A stretch of DNA of 64,000 nt. Origin: the human T2T-CHM13v2.0 reference genome, Homo sapiens. The stretch is taken from NCBI RefSeq assembly GCF_009914755.1, contig NC_060947.1; one strand, written 5' to 3'. Position 1 is the first letter of the stretch, and each line of letters begins with the position of its first letter. Of this stretch, positions 18,173 through 34,530 are shown in pieces. A program made the position numbers and the translations under genes. The notes beneath the pieces were generated by a model. It did no database searches. It saw only the letters and a program-made list of their open reading frames with translations, and was not told the DNA's origin.

Positions 18173-19106
18173 TAGATAAAGTTAATGATCCAAATAAATA
18201 AGAATACTGTAAAATTTGTATCTGCATTATTTAAAAACCGATTCATTCATGAAATTCAAATGTTACTGAGTAATCAACAAAAAGATACTTAATGTCAAAA
18301 GAATGAGAGATGACTTAGACTGAACTATTATCTATCTTGTTATGGGAAGATTAATTCAGTCTAGAAAACTATTTTGGTAGTCCCTTCCTATTCAAGTGTG
18401 ATAAACATATAATATTACTATCCTTTTAATAAGGGACTAATGGGATTCAAATTTTATCTAAATATTCTAATCACTCTAATTCCAACTGAAGGTTGTAAAC
18501 ATACATAATTTACTTTCTGGTTAGATTTATTCAAACAGTTCTCAGAAGAGACAAGCTTGTTGAGGCCACCATCTGCTCTGGGTATTCTCAGGCAGATAGT
18601 CGTGTTCAGTTGTAAAGGAAAAAAAACCCAAATGCTAGAAATAGATTACAGAAGAGAAAGTCTAAGGGCAAAGTGCAAGGAGAGGGTTATATTTTCTAGC
18701 TTATTGGAAACAAAACCTTCCTCCTAATAATCTGTAGATATTTGATATTATTATAGCTTTGAATAGATACCATGTTTACATGGTTCAAAAGTCAAAGCAG
18801 TATAATGAGGAACCCACATAAAAGTCTTATTCTAACCCATAGTACGATTCACCCCACCTCTATCCCCTATAGACTGTGATTCTTTATGTAAACGCAATAA
18901 AATATGTATGTGTATATACAGTGTATCACACTCACACACTGTGTGATACATACATCACGCAAACAATGACATACTGTGTATACTGATTTGCACCATGTGC
19001 TTTTCACTTAGTGGTAATATTGGATATCTTTCTATATCAATGTAGTGGGAGTGTCCACATGCTCTTTTACACCTGATGAGCATCCTCCAGTGGGAATGTA
19101 CATGCC

Positions 19107-19407
<301 letters not shown>

Positions 19408-19447
19408 GATAGGCTATTTTTAAACTTTTACTTATTTTATTTAGAAG

Positions 19448-20420
19448 TAGTATTGGTTCAGACTTCTTTGGTTTTAAATGACAGAACTCAGCTTAAACTA
19501 GATTAAATTAAAAAATGGGATTTGTTAGAAAAAGACTTGAATAATTTGCATCATCAGGAAGAAATGCAGGAGCTAGGGAAGTTCTGTGGGCCTCAGGGCC
19601 TGGAACTGGGGTCTAGACATGCTAGAATACTCTCTTTCACTCTCTCTGTCTCTCACACTTTTCCCCGTCAGGGTGTTTGGAGACTATGGAGCCACATCCT
19701 TACAGAGGCAAGCCCGAGAGGAAAACAGATCTTCCCCTACTGCTCTACCAGAAAAAAACCTCAGGGAAGATCTTGGGTTGACTTGCATCATGTAGACATC
19801 TGATGTGGTTTGGATATTTGTGCCCTCCACAGCTCATGATGAAATTTGGTCTCCAGTGTTGGAGGTGGGGCCTCGTGGGGAGTGTTTGGGTCATGGAGGT
19901 GGATCCCTCATGAGTGGCTTGGTGCCCTCTCATAGTAATGAGTGACTTCTCACTCTATTGTATGTTCACCTGAGAGTTGGTTGTTTAAAAGAGTGGTTGT
20001 TTAAAAAAGCTGGTTGCATAAAAGAGAGCTGGTTGTTTAAAAAAGCACTCCTCCCCCTTGCTCTCTTTCCTTCTCTCTTGCCATGTGGCTGGCTCCCCTT
20101 TCCCTTATGCCATGAGTGGAAGCTCCTTAAAGCCCTCACCAGAAGCAGATGCCGGCACCATGCTTCTTGTGCAGCCTGCAGAACTGTGAACCAAACAAAC
20201 CTTTTTTCTTTATAAATTACCCAGCCTCAGGTATTCCTTTATAGCCACACAAAACAGACTAGGACAACATCTCTTGATCAATCACCATGGCCAGGGGGAT
20301 AGATTACTTAATATAATTCAGTATGTGTCACATGTAGCACCCTTGGAATCAGGGGTAGGATGTATTACCTAGAGGAAAAAGAGAAGCGTAAGACAAATAA
20401 GACTACAGCCACCACAGCCA
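19448..20420 (-). mobile_element. Old MLT1 (I-L class) LTR split by MSTB
   Basis: ttctttggttttaaatgacagaactcagcttaaactag resembles the antisense old-MLT1 terminus; resumes after 20271. Confidence 0.55.
19801..20266 (+). mobile_element. MSTB-like MaLR solo LTR
   Basis: tgatgtggtttgg...agactaggaca; perfect 5-bp TSD acatc (19796-19800, 20267-20271). Confidence 0.92.
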
Positions 20421-22144
20421 TGATTGTCAAGCTTGAGTAACCCTTGGTCCTATTTAAAGGGCAAAACATCTCAGGGACTGCCATCCCTCTGATTTAAATT
20501 AGGTTTATTATAACATTACTTAAATATGGAAAAATCTAACACGTTGTAAGAGCTCCTAGCTCTTAATACAACAATAAAATGAAAGTCAATTCACAAATTA
20601 AATAGAAATAAATCCATAAAACCAATAACATTGAAATAATCACCATTGATATGATATGATGATTGATGTTATTTTGCAGAAATTAATATAGGGCTTGCAA
20701 CTGAATATGACACAGATTTCTTTTTAATTATTTGGTATGCTTATACTACTAAGCGGTAACTCAGTCTCTTTATTTTTTTCCCATTCCAACTACTATGAAA
20801 TCTTTGCTGTTACAACAAACATCTGGCCTTTACTTCTTTTCTTTACCCATTAGCTCAGTACAATTCAAGTATCACTGCTTGGAACCTACTTGATCTTAAA
20901 TAAATAGGAGACTCAAGCCCAGGAATCCTATGTCAATTCTCTTATAAGGTGGCCATCTGGATGATTTATAACATGCCTACCTAAAGGTCTTTTTAGATAA
21001 ACATCAAAATGAGAACACAAAATTTAAATATTCACATAGAGAATTCATATCCTCCTAGGATTATTTCTGGAAGTCCCAGTGGGGCAAACAGTGGACTTTA
21101 GTATAATGTTTCCAGGACTATTTTAGGTGCAAAACTAAAAGTCTGATTACACAGAGAAAGAGAGCTTGATCTAAGACAAAAATAGGCATTCCTGTAAAAT
21201 TAGAAGACTTGCCCAGCAAGTGGGAAAAATCTGTACTTCAGGTACTTTAGGGAGCTGGGAAGTTCTGCCACCCTCAGCAATCAGCTTAGTGGGTGGAACA
21301 GTTGAGCGGGCCTGCATCAAAAAGGTCATCTTACTCAGAGTGTGGAGAACTTTAAAAACAAACAAAAGAAGACATTTGAAAAGACTGGAAAATAGGCGTA
21401 TATTTTAAAAAAAGTGAAATGAATTGGTGTTAATCAGTTTGAGGATGAAAAGAAAGAAGTAGAGTCAAATATATGAATCAGGATAATCAGTTCATCTCCG
21501 TAGGAGGAAGAGAAAATAAGCAACCTTCACTTGCAGGTAAATTACGAATGAGGAAATAATGCATGACAATTAGAACATGTGTCAATGGAAGAAAATTGAA
21601 TCCCTTTGCGTACAGGTAAAAAGCAGTCATCTGTTTATATGTGGAAGCAAGGCAATAAATCAAAGAATCTTGAAGCACCACTTCTAAGCATAATGGTAGT
21701 GTCTATGGCGCTCACTAAGGGTTGAGGTAAACTGGAAATGAACTATGGGTACTTTTGGGGAATTGAATCAGTAGACAGAACTTAAGAAAAGATGAACATC
21801 TTTTCCCCAAATCTATTTTAACTGGTGGAAGATTTATATTACAGATGTGTTCATTGAAGAAATGGTTGGACCTCTTAGAAGAAAGAGAATGATGAATTCT
21901 GCTATTTTGTCTACTCTTAGAGGAAACTGACAAGTTTCGTGTGTTCACTTAGTTAAATGAATTGTCTGGGATTAATCTTATTGCATTGTAGCTGCAAGAC
22001 GCACAATCTGACATTTTATCTGTTTGGAGATTTTTCTCCAAAATCAACCCCTGTGCATATACCTAGGATGACCTTGTTTTCTGAACCAGAAATGTAACAC
22101 GTGGTTTGAGAAGAACACAGTTGGGGATAGTGGTGTGGATATTT

Positions 22145-23105
<961 letters not shown>

Positions 23106-23119
23106 GAAAGCAAGTGGCA

Positions 23120-24682
<1,563 letters not shown>

Positions 24683-24949
24683 TATTTGGTGATAATGACT
24701 AGATCTGGGTTTTGACCGTGGAAGTTAGTGGCTGTGGTGAAGTGGAGGTAGTCTTGTAGTTGAAGACTTTTTGGCCCTCCTTTTAGGTAGAAAAATCTTG
24801 AATCCATAACAACTGTTGGCAAAAAGAAAAAGACTGGAAGAAAAGGTGGCAAAATGTCATCATGATTACTTCTGGGGGCAGGAAGTGCAGGAGATTGAAA
24901 TGAAAAGAAGTTCATGTGAATCGTTAAAACAAAACAAAACAATAATCCA

Positions 24950-25160
24950 CAGGCTCTGGGGCCAGATTGATGACTAACTGCATTAACTTTGAGTAAGTTC
25001 CCCAGCTTCTCTGTGCCCTAAGACCTCATCTATAAAATATAGATAATAGTATTATCTATATGACCTCATAGGTTTATCAAGATAAAATAAATTAATACTT
25101 ATAAAACATTTATAAGTTTGATATGTAGTAAGGGCTCAATAAATGTTAACTATTATAATT
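24950..25160 (+). mobile_element. MIR SINE
   Basis: cttctctgtgccc...ctcatctataaaat...ctcaataaatgttaactatta. Confidence 0.75.
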
Positions 25161-25169
25161 ATTGACATG

Positions 25170-26280
25170 TATACAGTTAAAAATAGAAGGTGTATTTTTT
25201 ATTCATTCTCTACATTTCCACTCTTCAGGAATAATCACTGTTAACAATTTAATGGGTATCCATCCAGTTCTTTATTATGCAAACACACACATATATACAT
25301 ATATGTGTGCATAAATATATACACATATATATATGGGTATATGCTTATATATGTGTATATACACACACATACGTATTTGAAATAGAAATGGGATCATACA
25401 ATGAATACTGTTTAACAGCCTGCTCTGTATACTTAGCAATATGTAAATATATCATTGACATCCTTGTAAGTCATAATGCAGATCTGCATTTTTTTTTTTT
25501 TTTTTTTTTGAGACGGAGTTTCGCTCTTGTCACCCAGGCTCGAGTGCAATGGCGCAATCTCGGCTCACTGCAACCTCCGCCTCCCGGGTTAAAGTGATTC
25601 TCCTGCCTCAGCCTCCCGAGTAGCTGGGATTACAGACATGCGCCACCATGCCTGGCTAATTTTGTATTTTTAGTAGAGATGGGGTTTCTCCGTGTTGGTC
25701 AGGCTGATCTCAAACGCCTGCCTCGGCCTCCCAAAGTGCTGGCATTACAGGCGTGAGCCACCGTGCCCGGCCCAGATCTGCTTTTTTTTTAATGGTGGCA
25801 TTTGTGTTCCAGAGTATGTACTATATTTTATTTAACCATTTCCTTACTGATGAATACTTAGCTTATTCTCAAATTTTTCACCTTTACAAATAATGCTACA
25901 ATGATTTTGACGTTCTGCATATTTTTACACATTTATATGATTGCTTTTGTAGGACAGATTTCTACAAGTGAAATTGTTGAGTCAAAAGGTGTATGCATTT
26001 ATAATATCTGCATATACTTCCAATTTCTCCTCCAAAGAAGTTGTACCAGTTTATCAATATATAAGCATGCCGTTTTCCCTAGGGCTTCATGCACTCTGGA
26101 TATTATCAATCTTTAAATATTTTCCTACCTATTAGGCAATGTGGTATCTATCTCCTTAGGTTATAATTTGCATTTCTCTGATCACTATTGAGGTTGAGCA
26201 TCTTTTCATATGTATATCGGTCATTTGCATTTCCTCTTCTGTGAATTGCTTGCTCAAGTCCTTTTCTGTGAGTCATTTTC
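25170..26280 (-). mobile_element. L1ME-like 3' region with (CA/TA) tract (25283-25372) and an Alu
   Basis: ttgcatttctctgatcactattgaggttgagcatcttttcatatg. Confidence 0.75.
25489..25772 (-). mobile_element. AluSp-like element
   Basis: CpG-rich Alu with a short left-arm deletion; TSD cagatctgc. Confidence 0.93.
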
Positions 26281-27479
26281 TTTTTTATTTATACTTTTCT
26301 GTTTTTAAAAAGAAAGAGAAATATTTTGTATTTTTTAAGTAAACTTGTGATCTATTGTTGATCAACCATATTAGCAGTGGAAAGCATTTACTCAGTTCAA
26401 AAGAAAGGAAAAATTAAATATATATTTCTTGCTATGAGTTTCTTTTTGGGGGAAGGGGAACAGGAAACAATTTTAATTGCTTAATTCTGCTTTTCTCAAT
26501 ATAAAAATGACACTCCTCTCATTCCCTGGGCCTTCATACTGGAAGACACTATTTGGTCATTTCAAATTCATCGTGGACTTCTGACATATTCTTCTAAGTT
26601 GCTCAAGTTTAAACTTTTAAAATTTAATTCAATAGTTAATAGTTTAAGAGTTTTTTTTAAAAGCCATTTTTGAGGTTGATACAGAAGGAAGTACAGGGCT
26701 GCACAGTTATTTGATATATTCAGGCCCACTCTAACAACCCATTCTAACTGTTCAGACAGAGGCAGATGTATTTTTTTCTCTCAGAATTCTTTCAGAATGA
26801 CCTCATAATTGGGCTGCCCCTGTAGGCTCAGCATTGAAGAATAATGAGTTTTTGAACCGTGAGGAGGACATGTTTTGAAACAGAAGCAAATAGTGCAGAT
26901 TATTTACAATGCTGTCATCAAGGGAATCTGTGCTAGAATGGCTTGAAATGCTCCTGGGACTGAAGCTGGGTATGGCCATTGCAAAGAGTCCAGAGTGGCA
27001 ATGGCTGGCTTTTCCTAACTCTTCCTGATTCCATTTTTCCTTCACATCAGTAACACGCTAATTGTTGAACAGCAGAGAGGCCAGCCCAAGCTGATTAACA
27101 GTCTGGCTTAGTGACAATTTAGTTGAGTTCCATTTCTTCTAAATGATCCTTCAGTTGTTCAGGGAAAAAACAAAGACACAGGGTAAGGTATGTTTGTGTT
27201 ACCTTATTGTAACGTACACATAGGGGCATTTCTGTAGCCAAACACAGGAAGTATTAAAACTTTAGTAACCTGGTACCTCCTAGACTCTTTTCACTCATAT
27301 ATTCCATGAAAAGACATGCAGATGCTTTCTGACATTTTTACTCAGTGTCTTGACTATTAAATTCACCTTGAGCATTGTGTGTAATCTTGGATCCACCAGA
27401 AAGCAAGTATTTACCTTGACCATAATTAGTATCAAAGAAGTGTTATTAATATTTCAGGACACAAATTTAGATTACCAGA

Positions 27480-29830
27480 ATCTGAAGAATTAGAATCTGA
27501 AGGTTTAAAGGTCATCTGATCTAATCTCCCTCCCAGCCTTGAGTGTGCCTTCCAGGTCTTCCCTCCCACCAAGCTCCCACCAAGTGGGGAGATATATCCT
27601 CAGTTCAGCTAGAATCTCTCCGGTGATATGGAGATACGGAGATCACTGTTACATGAGACAGCCCATCCATCTTAAAATAGCTCAGAGAGGTAGAAAGCTT
27701 TTTTTTATTGAACTGAATTTTTTCTTTCTTTAGATTCAACCCACTGAGCCAATGGGAGTCTAGTGGTGTCTCCCAGAACATGTCTAATCTCTGTTACACA
27801 TCATAGACCTATAAATATTTGAAGATGGTTTCCTTCCCCCTCTTTCCTTAGCTCTACTTTACTACTGTTTCCACTCCAACAGTCAGATTAACTATTCCAA
27901 GCTTTTGTGACTTTTGTCATATCAAGCCCCTGGCTACTTCTGTAACCTAATCTTCTACCTGCCTGTGCTTCAGCCACATGACCTCCTTCTGTTCCTCAAA
28001 TATGAAGTGCATATTCTCTTATATTTTCTTTTTCCACTGATGGAAATATTCTTCCTTCACCTAGCAGCAAGGTTTATTTCCTTACTTCATTTTTCTCAAA
28101 TATCAGCTCCTCAGAGAAACCTCTCTTGACCATTGTATCTAAATGACCTCCCCCATCTCCATCACTATCCCTTTATCCTGATATATTTTCTTCATAGTAT
28201 ACATCACTCCCTGAAAGATGATTATGTATCCATTTTTGAGTTTGTATATCTCTCCAGCTAAATATAAGTATCATGAGGACAGGGACATCTGTCTTGTTTA
28301 GCATATACTAGGTGCTCAGTAAACATTTGTTGAACAAATCATTAGGGTATGATTTTTAATTCCTTTACCATTCTGATGACTCTCTTGACTTTGTCCATAT
28401 CTCTGTCAAAGTGCAGTGGCCAGAACTGAGAACAGAAACCTAGCTATGATCTAACCAAAGCAGAATAAACCAGCATAACCACATTATTTAATCAATGAGT
28501 ATATCCCATGTAGCAGGCACCATGCTATGTCATGGATATATGACAGTGAAGAAACTCAACATGGTCCCTGCCTCCAGAGAACTCGTCTAATATCTTATAG
28601 AAATTACTCCAGTATGATGAAATCTTAAGATCACATTTGCTCTTTTGGAGGCTATATCATACATCACACTGGAGAATTTACAGTCAATTAAGACTTTAAG
28701 CTTCTTATGAGAATTTGGGGGCTCGATTCAAAATCATGTATTTATTCTAACTATTAAACTTCATTGAGTTAAATTTCATCCATCATTCTATTCAAATTAT
28801 TTGGGGATCTCAGTTCAATCAGTCTTAACCCTAGTCTCCCCAGCTTGTGTCATATCTAAATTTAATAGGTGGACCGTCTACATATGCAAGTCATCTATAA
28901 AAGCATTCACTAGGACAAAGATAAAGACAGACCTCTGAGGCACACCACCAGAATATTTCTTTCACCTTAACACCCAAGTCACAATACTTACAAATGCCTT
29001 AATGCTGTTCAGATTTTCTGCCTACCATGTTTTCATATGTGCCAATCTGAAAACCCTGTTAAAGAAGGAGCTGAGGTTAGTCAGACATACCTTGTTCCTA
29101 GTGAACCCATGTTGGGTACCAAAGACTGTTTCTGGACCTGAGAAACCACTATAAATTCTGTTAGGTAAACAGAACTTTAGTTCTGTTTTAGTACTTTAGT
29201 ACAAAATTTTAGTTCTGTTTTAGTACTTTAGTATTTCATTTGATATATTTATTTGATCTTAACATCAAGATGTTTGATTTGTTGTGTCCAGAATCTAACT
29301 TCTTGCCATTTTTGAAAATCAAAGTAAATATCCATTTCCTTGATTCTAGATCTTCTCCTATTTGCTCTGATTCCTCAAATTGTGCCATAATAGCATTCTT
29401 TCTCTCTCTTTTTTTTTTTTTTTATCTCTCCTTGTGTTCTTTTTTCTAAGGTTTCTTAGATGGGGACACAGTCACCTGGGTAATGAGCTTAAAACACATT
29501 TAGATAGCACCTATGTGTTCTCTTACACTCTCATCTCAATTTGAGGCTTCTGCTGCTTCTCACTAAGGTTTTCTCTAAACTTTTCCGTCTTAAGCTCATT
29601 GTCTTTTACAGAGAATACAACTAATTTGGAGTTCTAGGGTTCTGCTTTTCCTGTCTTTCATCAGCAATACCCCTCCAGCCCGAAGCAGCACATCTCTCCC
29701 CTGACTTCTTTGTTCTTGCTCAGAACAAAGCTAACAAAGCCTAATGCTTTTATCCGAGACATTGTCTCCTAATCTCAGCTCACTGGAGACTTTCACCTTT
29801 CTGAAATTATTTACATCAGCTGGTGATCCT
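27480..29830 (-). mobile_element. CR1/L3 LINE fossil, interrupted by L2 pieces
   Basis: aaaggtcatctgatctaatc; gtggccagaactgagaacag..gatctaaccaaagcagaata; gttagtcagacataccttgttcctagtgaacccatgttgg all resemble antisense CR1. Confidence 0.65.
27900..28340 (+). mobile_element. L2 3' end
   Basis: Ends ggtgctcagtaaacatttgttgaac. Confidence 0.8.
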
Positions 29831-29849
29831 CTTTGGGTTTGTCCTTAGT

Positions 29850-30270
29850 GTCATTTCCTACCACTCTCCTCACACTCTGGTTCAGCCACAAGCACCTCCT
29901 TGCTGTTCCTTAAAGATGCTAAGCCTATCCCCAAATCAGGGCATTTGCATTTGCTGAAATTTCGCCGTGTAATACTCTTTACCCAGATATTTGCAAGGTT
30001 TGCCCCTCACCTCATTCAGATCTCTGCCCATCATTGGAGAGGCTATCCTTGACACTGCAGCTGAAATGGCAAAAACATATACCCACCTCTGCTGGTCACT
30101 CTCTGCCCCTTACCCTGCTTCATTTTTCTTCTCTACTATTATCACTATCTGATATATTTATTTGGCTACTGTTTGTCCCCTCTCACAAGTTGCACAAAAA
30201 CAAGGATCTTCATCTATTTTGTTTATTGCTACAACATATTAGTTGCTCAATAAATATACGTTAAAAATTA
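29850..30270 (+). mobile_element. L2a 3' end
   Basis: cagggcatttgcatttgctg...gctcaataaatat. Confidence 0.8.
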
Positions 30271-30669
30271 GTGATGCCTAGGTATTTCTCTTAGAATACT
30301 GTTCCATGAGACCTCCATATCATTTTTTCACCTTCAAGCTGACTTTGAAGACCCTAACAACAAATAATACTGCTGTGAGAATATTGATTGAAAAGTGGCT
30401 GTAAATACCACTTACCACCTAGAATTTCTATGAGCTAATCCAAGTGATGTGCAAAGCCAACTTGAAGGTCTAGTACAGAGTGGTACAAGTGGGATTGCAG
30501 TATTCACTGGAATTTAGTGAGACAAATCTAAAGACTGGAGGCAGAAGAGGCTGTCTTATCTAAAAGGAGCATATCTGCTAGGTGAAGTCATATGCCATAT
30601 TAAATTGACATTCACTTAGATCTATAGGTGTTGACATAGAAAGAAGTCCATGATACTGTTACATTTAAA

Positions 30670-31050
30670 GGGCTGAAAATGGAACATGTGCAGTGTGTTT
30701 CCATTTATATGCAATTGAGTATATACACACAGGTATCTATAGGGATATATTAAAACATTAATATGGTTATCTCTAGATAGTGCATTTTATTTTAGATTTT
30801 AAAAAATTATTTTTGTTTCTGAGTTGTTTGATTTTCTATTAAAACAATGGTGTGGATTATTTACTCCCCTCTCCAAAAAATATGGAGTTTTTTTTAAAGG
30901 GTTCACAGGAACTGGAAAAAGTGGTTGCCTCTGGAGAGTAACTGGAGAACTAATAAAGAAGAAGGGGCACTCACTTTTCACATAACTTGCCATTACACTG
31001 GTTGATTTTATACCATGTGCTTGTATTTTTTTAAATATACATGTGATTAG
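30670..31050 (+). mobile_element. L1ME-like 3' UTR fragments
   Basis: agtggttgcctctggagag...ttttataccatgtgcttgtatt. Confidence 0.5.
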
Positions 31051-31301
31051 AAAGCTTTGAATTTGAGAATGCATGTTATGTATATTATACGTGGGATGTT
31101 AAAGGTCACCTGACTGGAAAGCAGCTGAAAAGGTATTAAAATTGTGATGACAATTTCTGGAACCTAGAGAAAACAACTAGAGAGACTGTGAGTCTAGAAT
31201 TAATTCTGACTAACTGGGGGAGTGGTTCAGAAAGTGGAAGTGATGAAAATGTAACAAGAGAATGAATGAAGAACCACAAAGTCTTTGACCACCAGAAAGG
31301 G

Positions 31302-31671
31302 TGATATGGTTTGGCTGTGTCCCCACCCAGATCTCATCTTGAATTGTAGTTCCCATAATCACCATGTGTTGTGGGAGGGACCGGGTAATTGAATCATGGA
31401 GGCAGTTACCCCCATGCTGCTGTTCTCATGATAGTGAGTGAGTTCTCATGAGATATGATGGTTTTATAAGGGGCTTTTCCCCCTTTTGCTCGGCACTTCT
31501 CCTTCCTGCTGCCACTTGAAGAAGGACCTGTTTGATTCCCCTTCCATCATGATTGTAAGTTTCCTGAGACCTCCCCAGCCATGTGGAACTGTGAGTCAAT
31601 GAAACCTCTATCCTTTATAAATTACTCAGTCTCAGATAGTGCTTATAGCAGCCTGAGAACAGACTAAGACA
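31302..31671 (+). mobile_element. THE1 (C/D-like) MaLR solo LTR
   Basis: tgatatggtttggctgtgtccccaccc...agactaagaca; flanks aaggg/agggg. Confidence 0.93.
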
Positions 31672-31899
31672 AGGGGTATTTGTGAGGTCCAATGTCCAAG
31701 TTCATAGCATGACTCTACAAGAAAAGATAATTCAAGAGGGTTGGGAAGCTCTCTAAAATGCCACTCTGGCTACAACTACAAATTATCTAATAGAAGAAAA
31801 TGTAGAGAGGCTCTTAAGGAAGCCAGATAATTTGTATAGGGAAGTCTCAGAAAACTCAGATTTTTAAACATTACTTTTTTAAATAAAAAGGGGCTTATT

Positions 31900-33015
31900 T
31901 TTTACTGGGCAGGAAAGACAGTAACCAAAGAATATGTTGTAGTATTATAATTGATAAAGAAGAAAACCAAGGCAGAGTAAGGGGGCAGAGACTGACCAAC
32001 AGGAGTGCATGTTAGTGTGTGCTCTTTCTGCTATAGTGGTGAGCATGGCCTTTCTGATGAGGAGAAATTGGGAGGAGATCTGAATTAAATGAGAGAGCAA
32101 GGCCTGCACATATCTGGTAAAGAGCATTTCAGGTGAAGAGTTCAGAAAATTTAAAGGCACTGATGTGGGAATATGCTTGGTGTGTTTAAGGAACCACAAG
32201 GAAGTGAATGGAGCTAGATCAAAGTGCTGGGACAGTAGTAGGGATGATCTCAGAGGAGTAGAAGGGAGCCAGATCACACAGGGCCTTGTAGGCCATGACA
32301 AGAACTTTTAATTACATTCTGAGATGGGTTAGCATTGAAAGGTTCTGAGCAGAGGAGTGGTATGATCCGACAAGAATGGAAGGAAGGGGGAGCATTTTAG
32401 AGGCTACTCTATTAATATAGGCAAGAGATGTTAGTGGCTTGGACCGAAGTCCCAATGATAGGGCTGGGGGGACAGAGTTACTTTTCAGATATAAGTTGAA
32501 GACAGAGTCAATGTGATTTTTAATGGGGGTAGATATAAGATGCTAAAAAAAAAAAAAAAAGATAAAAGTCCAGGATAAGTCCAAGATATTTGGTCTGAGC
32601 AACTAGATAAACAGTGATTGTATTTATTGAGATCAGAACATTTGAAGGATGATCAAGTTTTGGGAGATGGGGATCTAGAATGGGTTTTAGACATACTTAA
32701 AGATATCTATTCAAGTGGAGATGTTGAGTTGAAGATACATTCATGAGTGTGAAATGTAGGGAGTGGTCTTTGCTAGAGATGTAAATTTAGGAGTTCTCAG
32801 CATATACATTTTTGTGTGTGTGTTTTTGAGACAGAGTCTTGCCCAGGTTGGAGCACAATGGCACGATCTCAGTTCACTGCAACCTCCACCTCCCAGTTTC
32901 AAGTGATTCTCCTGCCTCAGCCTTCTGAGTAGCTGGGATTATAGGCACCCACCACCAGGCCAGGCTAATTTTTGATCATGCACGTAATATTTAAAGCCAA
33001 GGGACTGGAGAAGCA
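31900..33015 (-). mobile_element. L2a fragment containing an Alu right arm (32823-32972, minus)
   Basis: agatcacacagggccttgtaggccatg; L2 resumes at atatttaaagccaagggactgga. Confidence 0.8.
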
Positions 33016-33346
33016 AATGGACAGGGCTGCTAATTAGGCTTTTCTTAACATCGCCATCCCCCTTCCTTTTCCCTACTTGTACTATACCTGGCCACAGGGA
33101 TAACTTATCGCTTGGACATATTTCATGTACCTTTTCAATGTGTTCTGCTCTACTCTTTTGACCTTCATATGACAAAAAACAAAGGGAATGTGGTCAGCAT
33201 AGAGAGTAGGAATTGAACACAGGAAAAACAAGCAGCCACTTTCATGAGACGAATTCTGGGGTCCTGAGAAAAATCTATTACTCCCAATATGTGGTAGCTT
33301 CCTTAGCTGCTGGCAGAATCCTCTGATCATTCCTGCCCCACCCCGC

Positions 33347-33951
<605 letters not shown>

Positions 33952-34040
33952 TTCTGATCATTTCTTTATTAAGCTGGAAGTGGAGAACTTTTGTTGTTGT
34001 TGAACATTCATAACCTCTAGAGGGGAGATTTTGCAGGCCA

Positions 34041-34042
<2 letters not shown>

Positions 34043-34088
<46 letters not shown>

Positions 34089-34098
34089 ACATACACAC
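34043..34098. repeat. (CA)n microsatellite
   Basis: About 19 perfect units plus an imperfect extension. Confidence 0.97.
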
Positions 34099-34329
34099 AA
34101 CACTTTAAAGAAAATAAACTATTCAACTAATCTACTTTTAAATTGAGGAAACATTGACGGTTAACCACAGAAAGTATTAAAATTATGCTTCACTCCCATA
34201 TAATGGCTGGTTTTAGAGGGGAGAGAGGGGAAAGAAGGAACAGGGACATCCCTGTTCCCCCGCCCCCGCCCCACCCCCCACTCCCCACAGACACAGCAGA
34301 AGAAAAGGTGAGGAAGTCATATTGTATTC

Positions 34330-34530
34330 CTATTTTATACAGTGTAGTGTGCTAGGCCTTGTACATTAATTAGGTCAATAATCCTCACAACAATTCTATC
34401 ATTGGACCCAGTTTACAGATGAGGAAGTTAAGGCTCAAAGAGTTTAAGTTACTTGCCCAAATTATCATGCAAGTCGCAGAGCCAGTAATCCAGCCCGGGG
34501 TTCCTCTAGGCTTTAAAGCCCATATGCTGC
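34330..34530 (-). mobile_element. MIR SINE
   Basis: tttacagatgaggaagttaaggctcaaagagtttaagttacttgccc. Confidence 0.85.

Noticed and set aside
18922-18950. 10-bp inverted repeat
   Set aside because: It lies in CA/TG low-complexity sequence where such repeats are expected.
34237-34258. Steroid-receptor element (GGAACA...TGTTCC)
   Set aside because: The half-sites are 10 bp apart, not the canonical 3.
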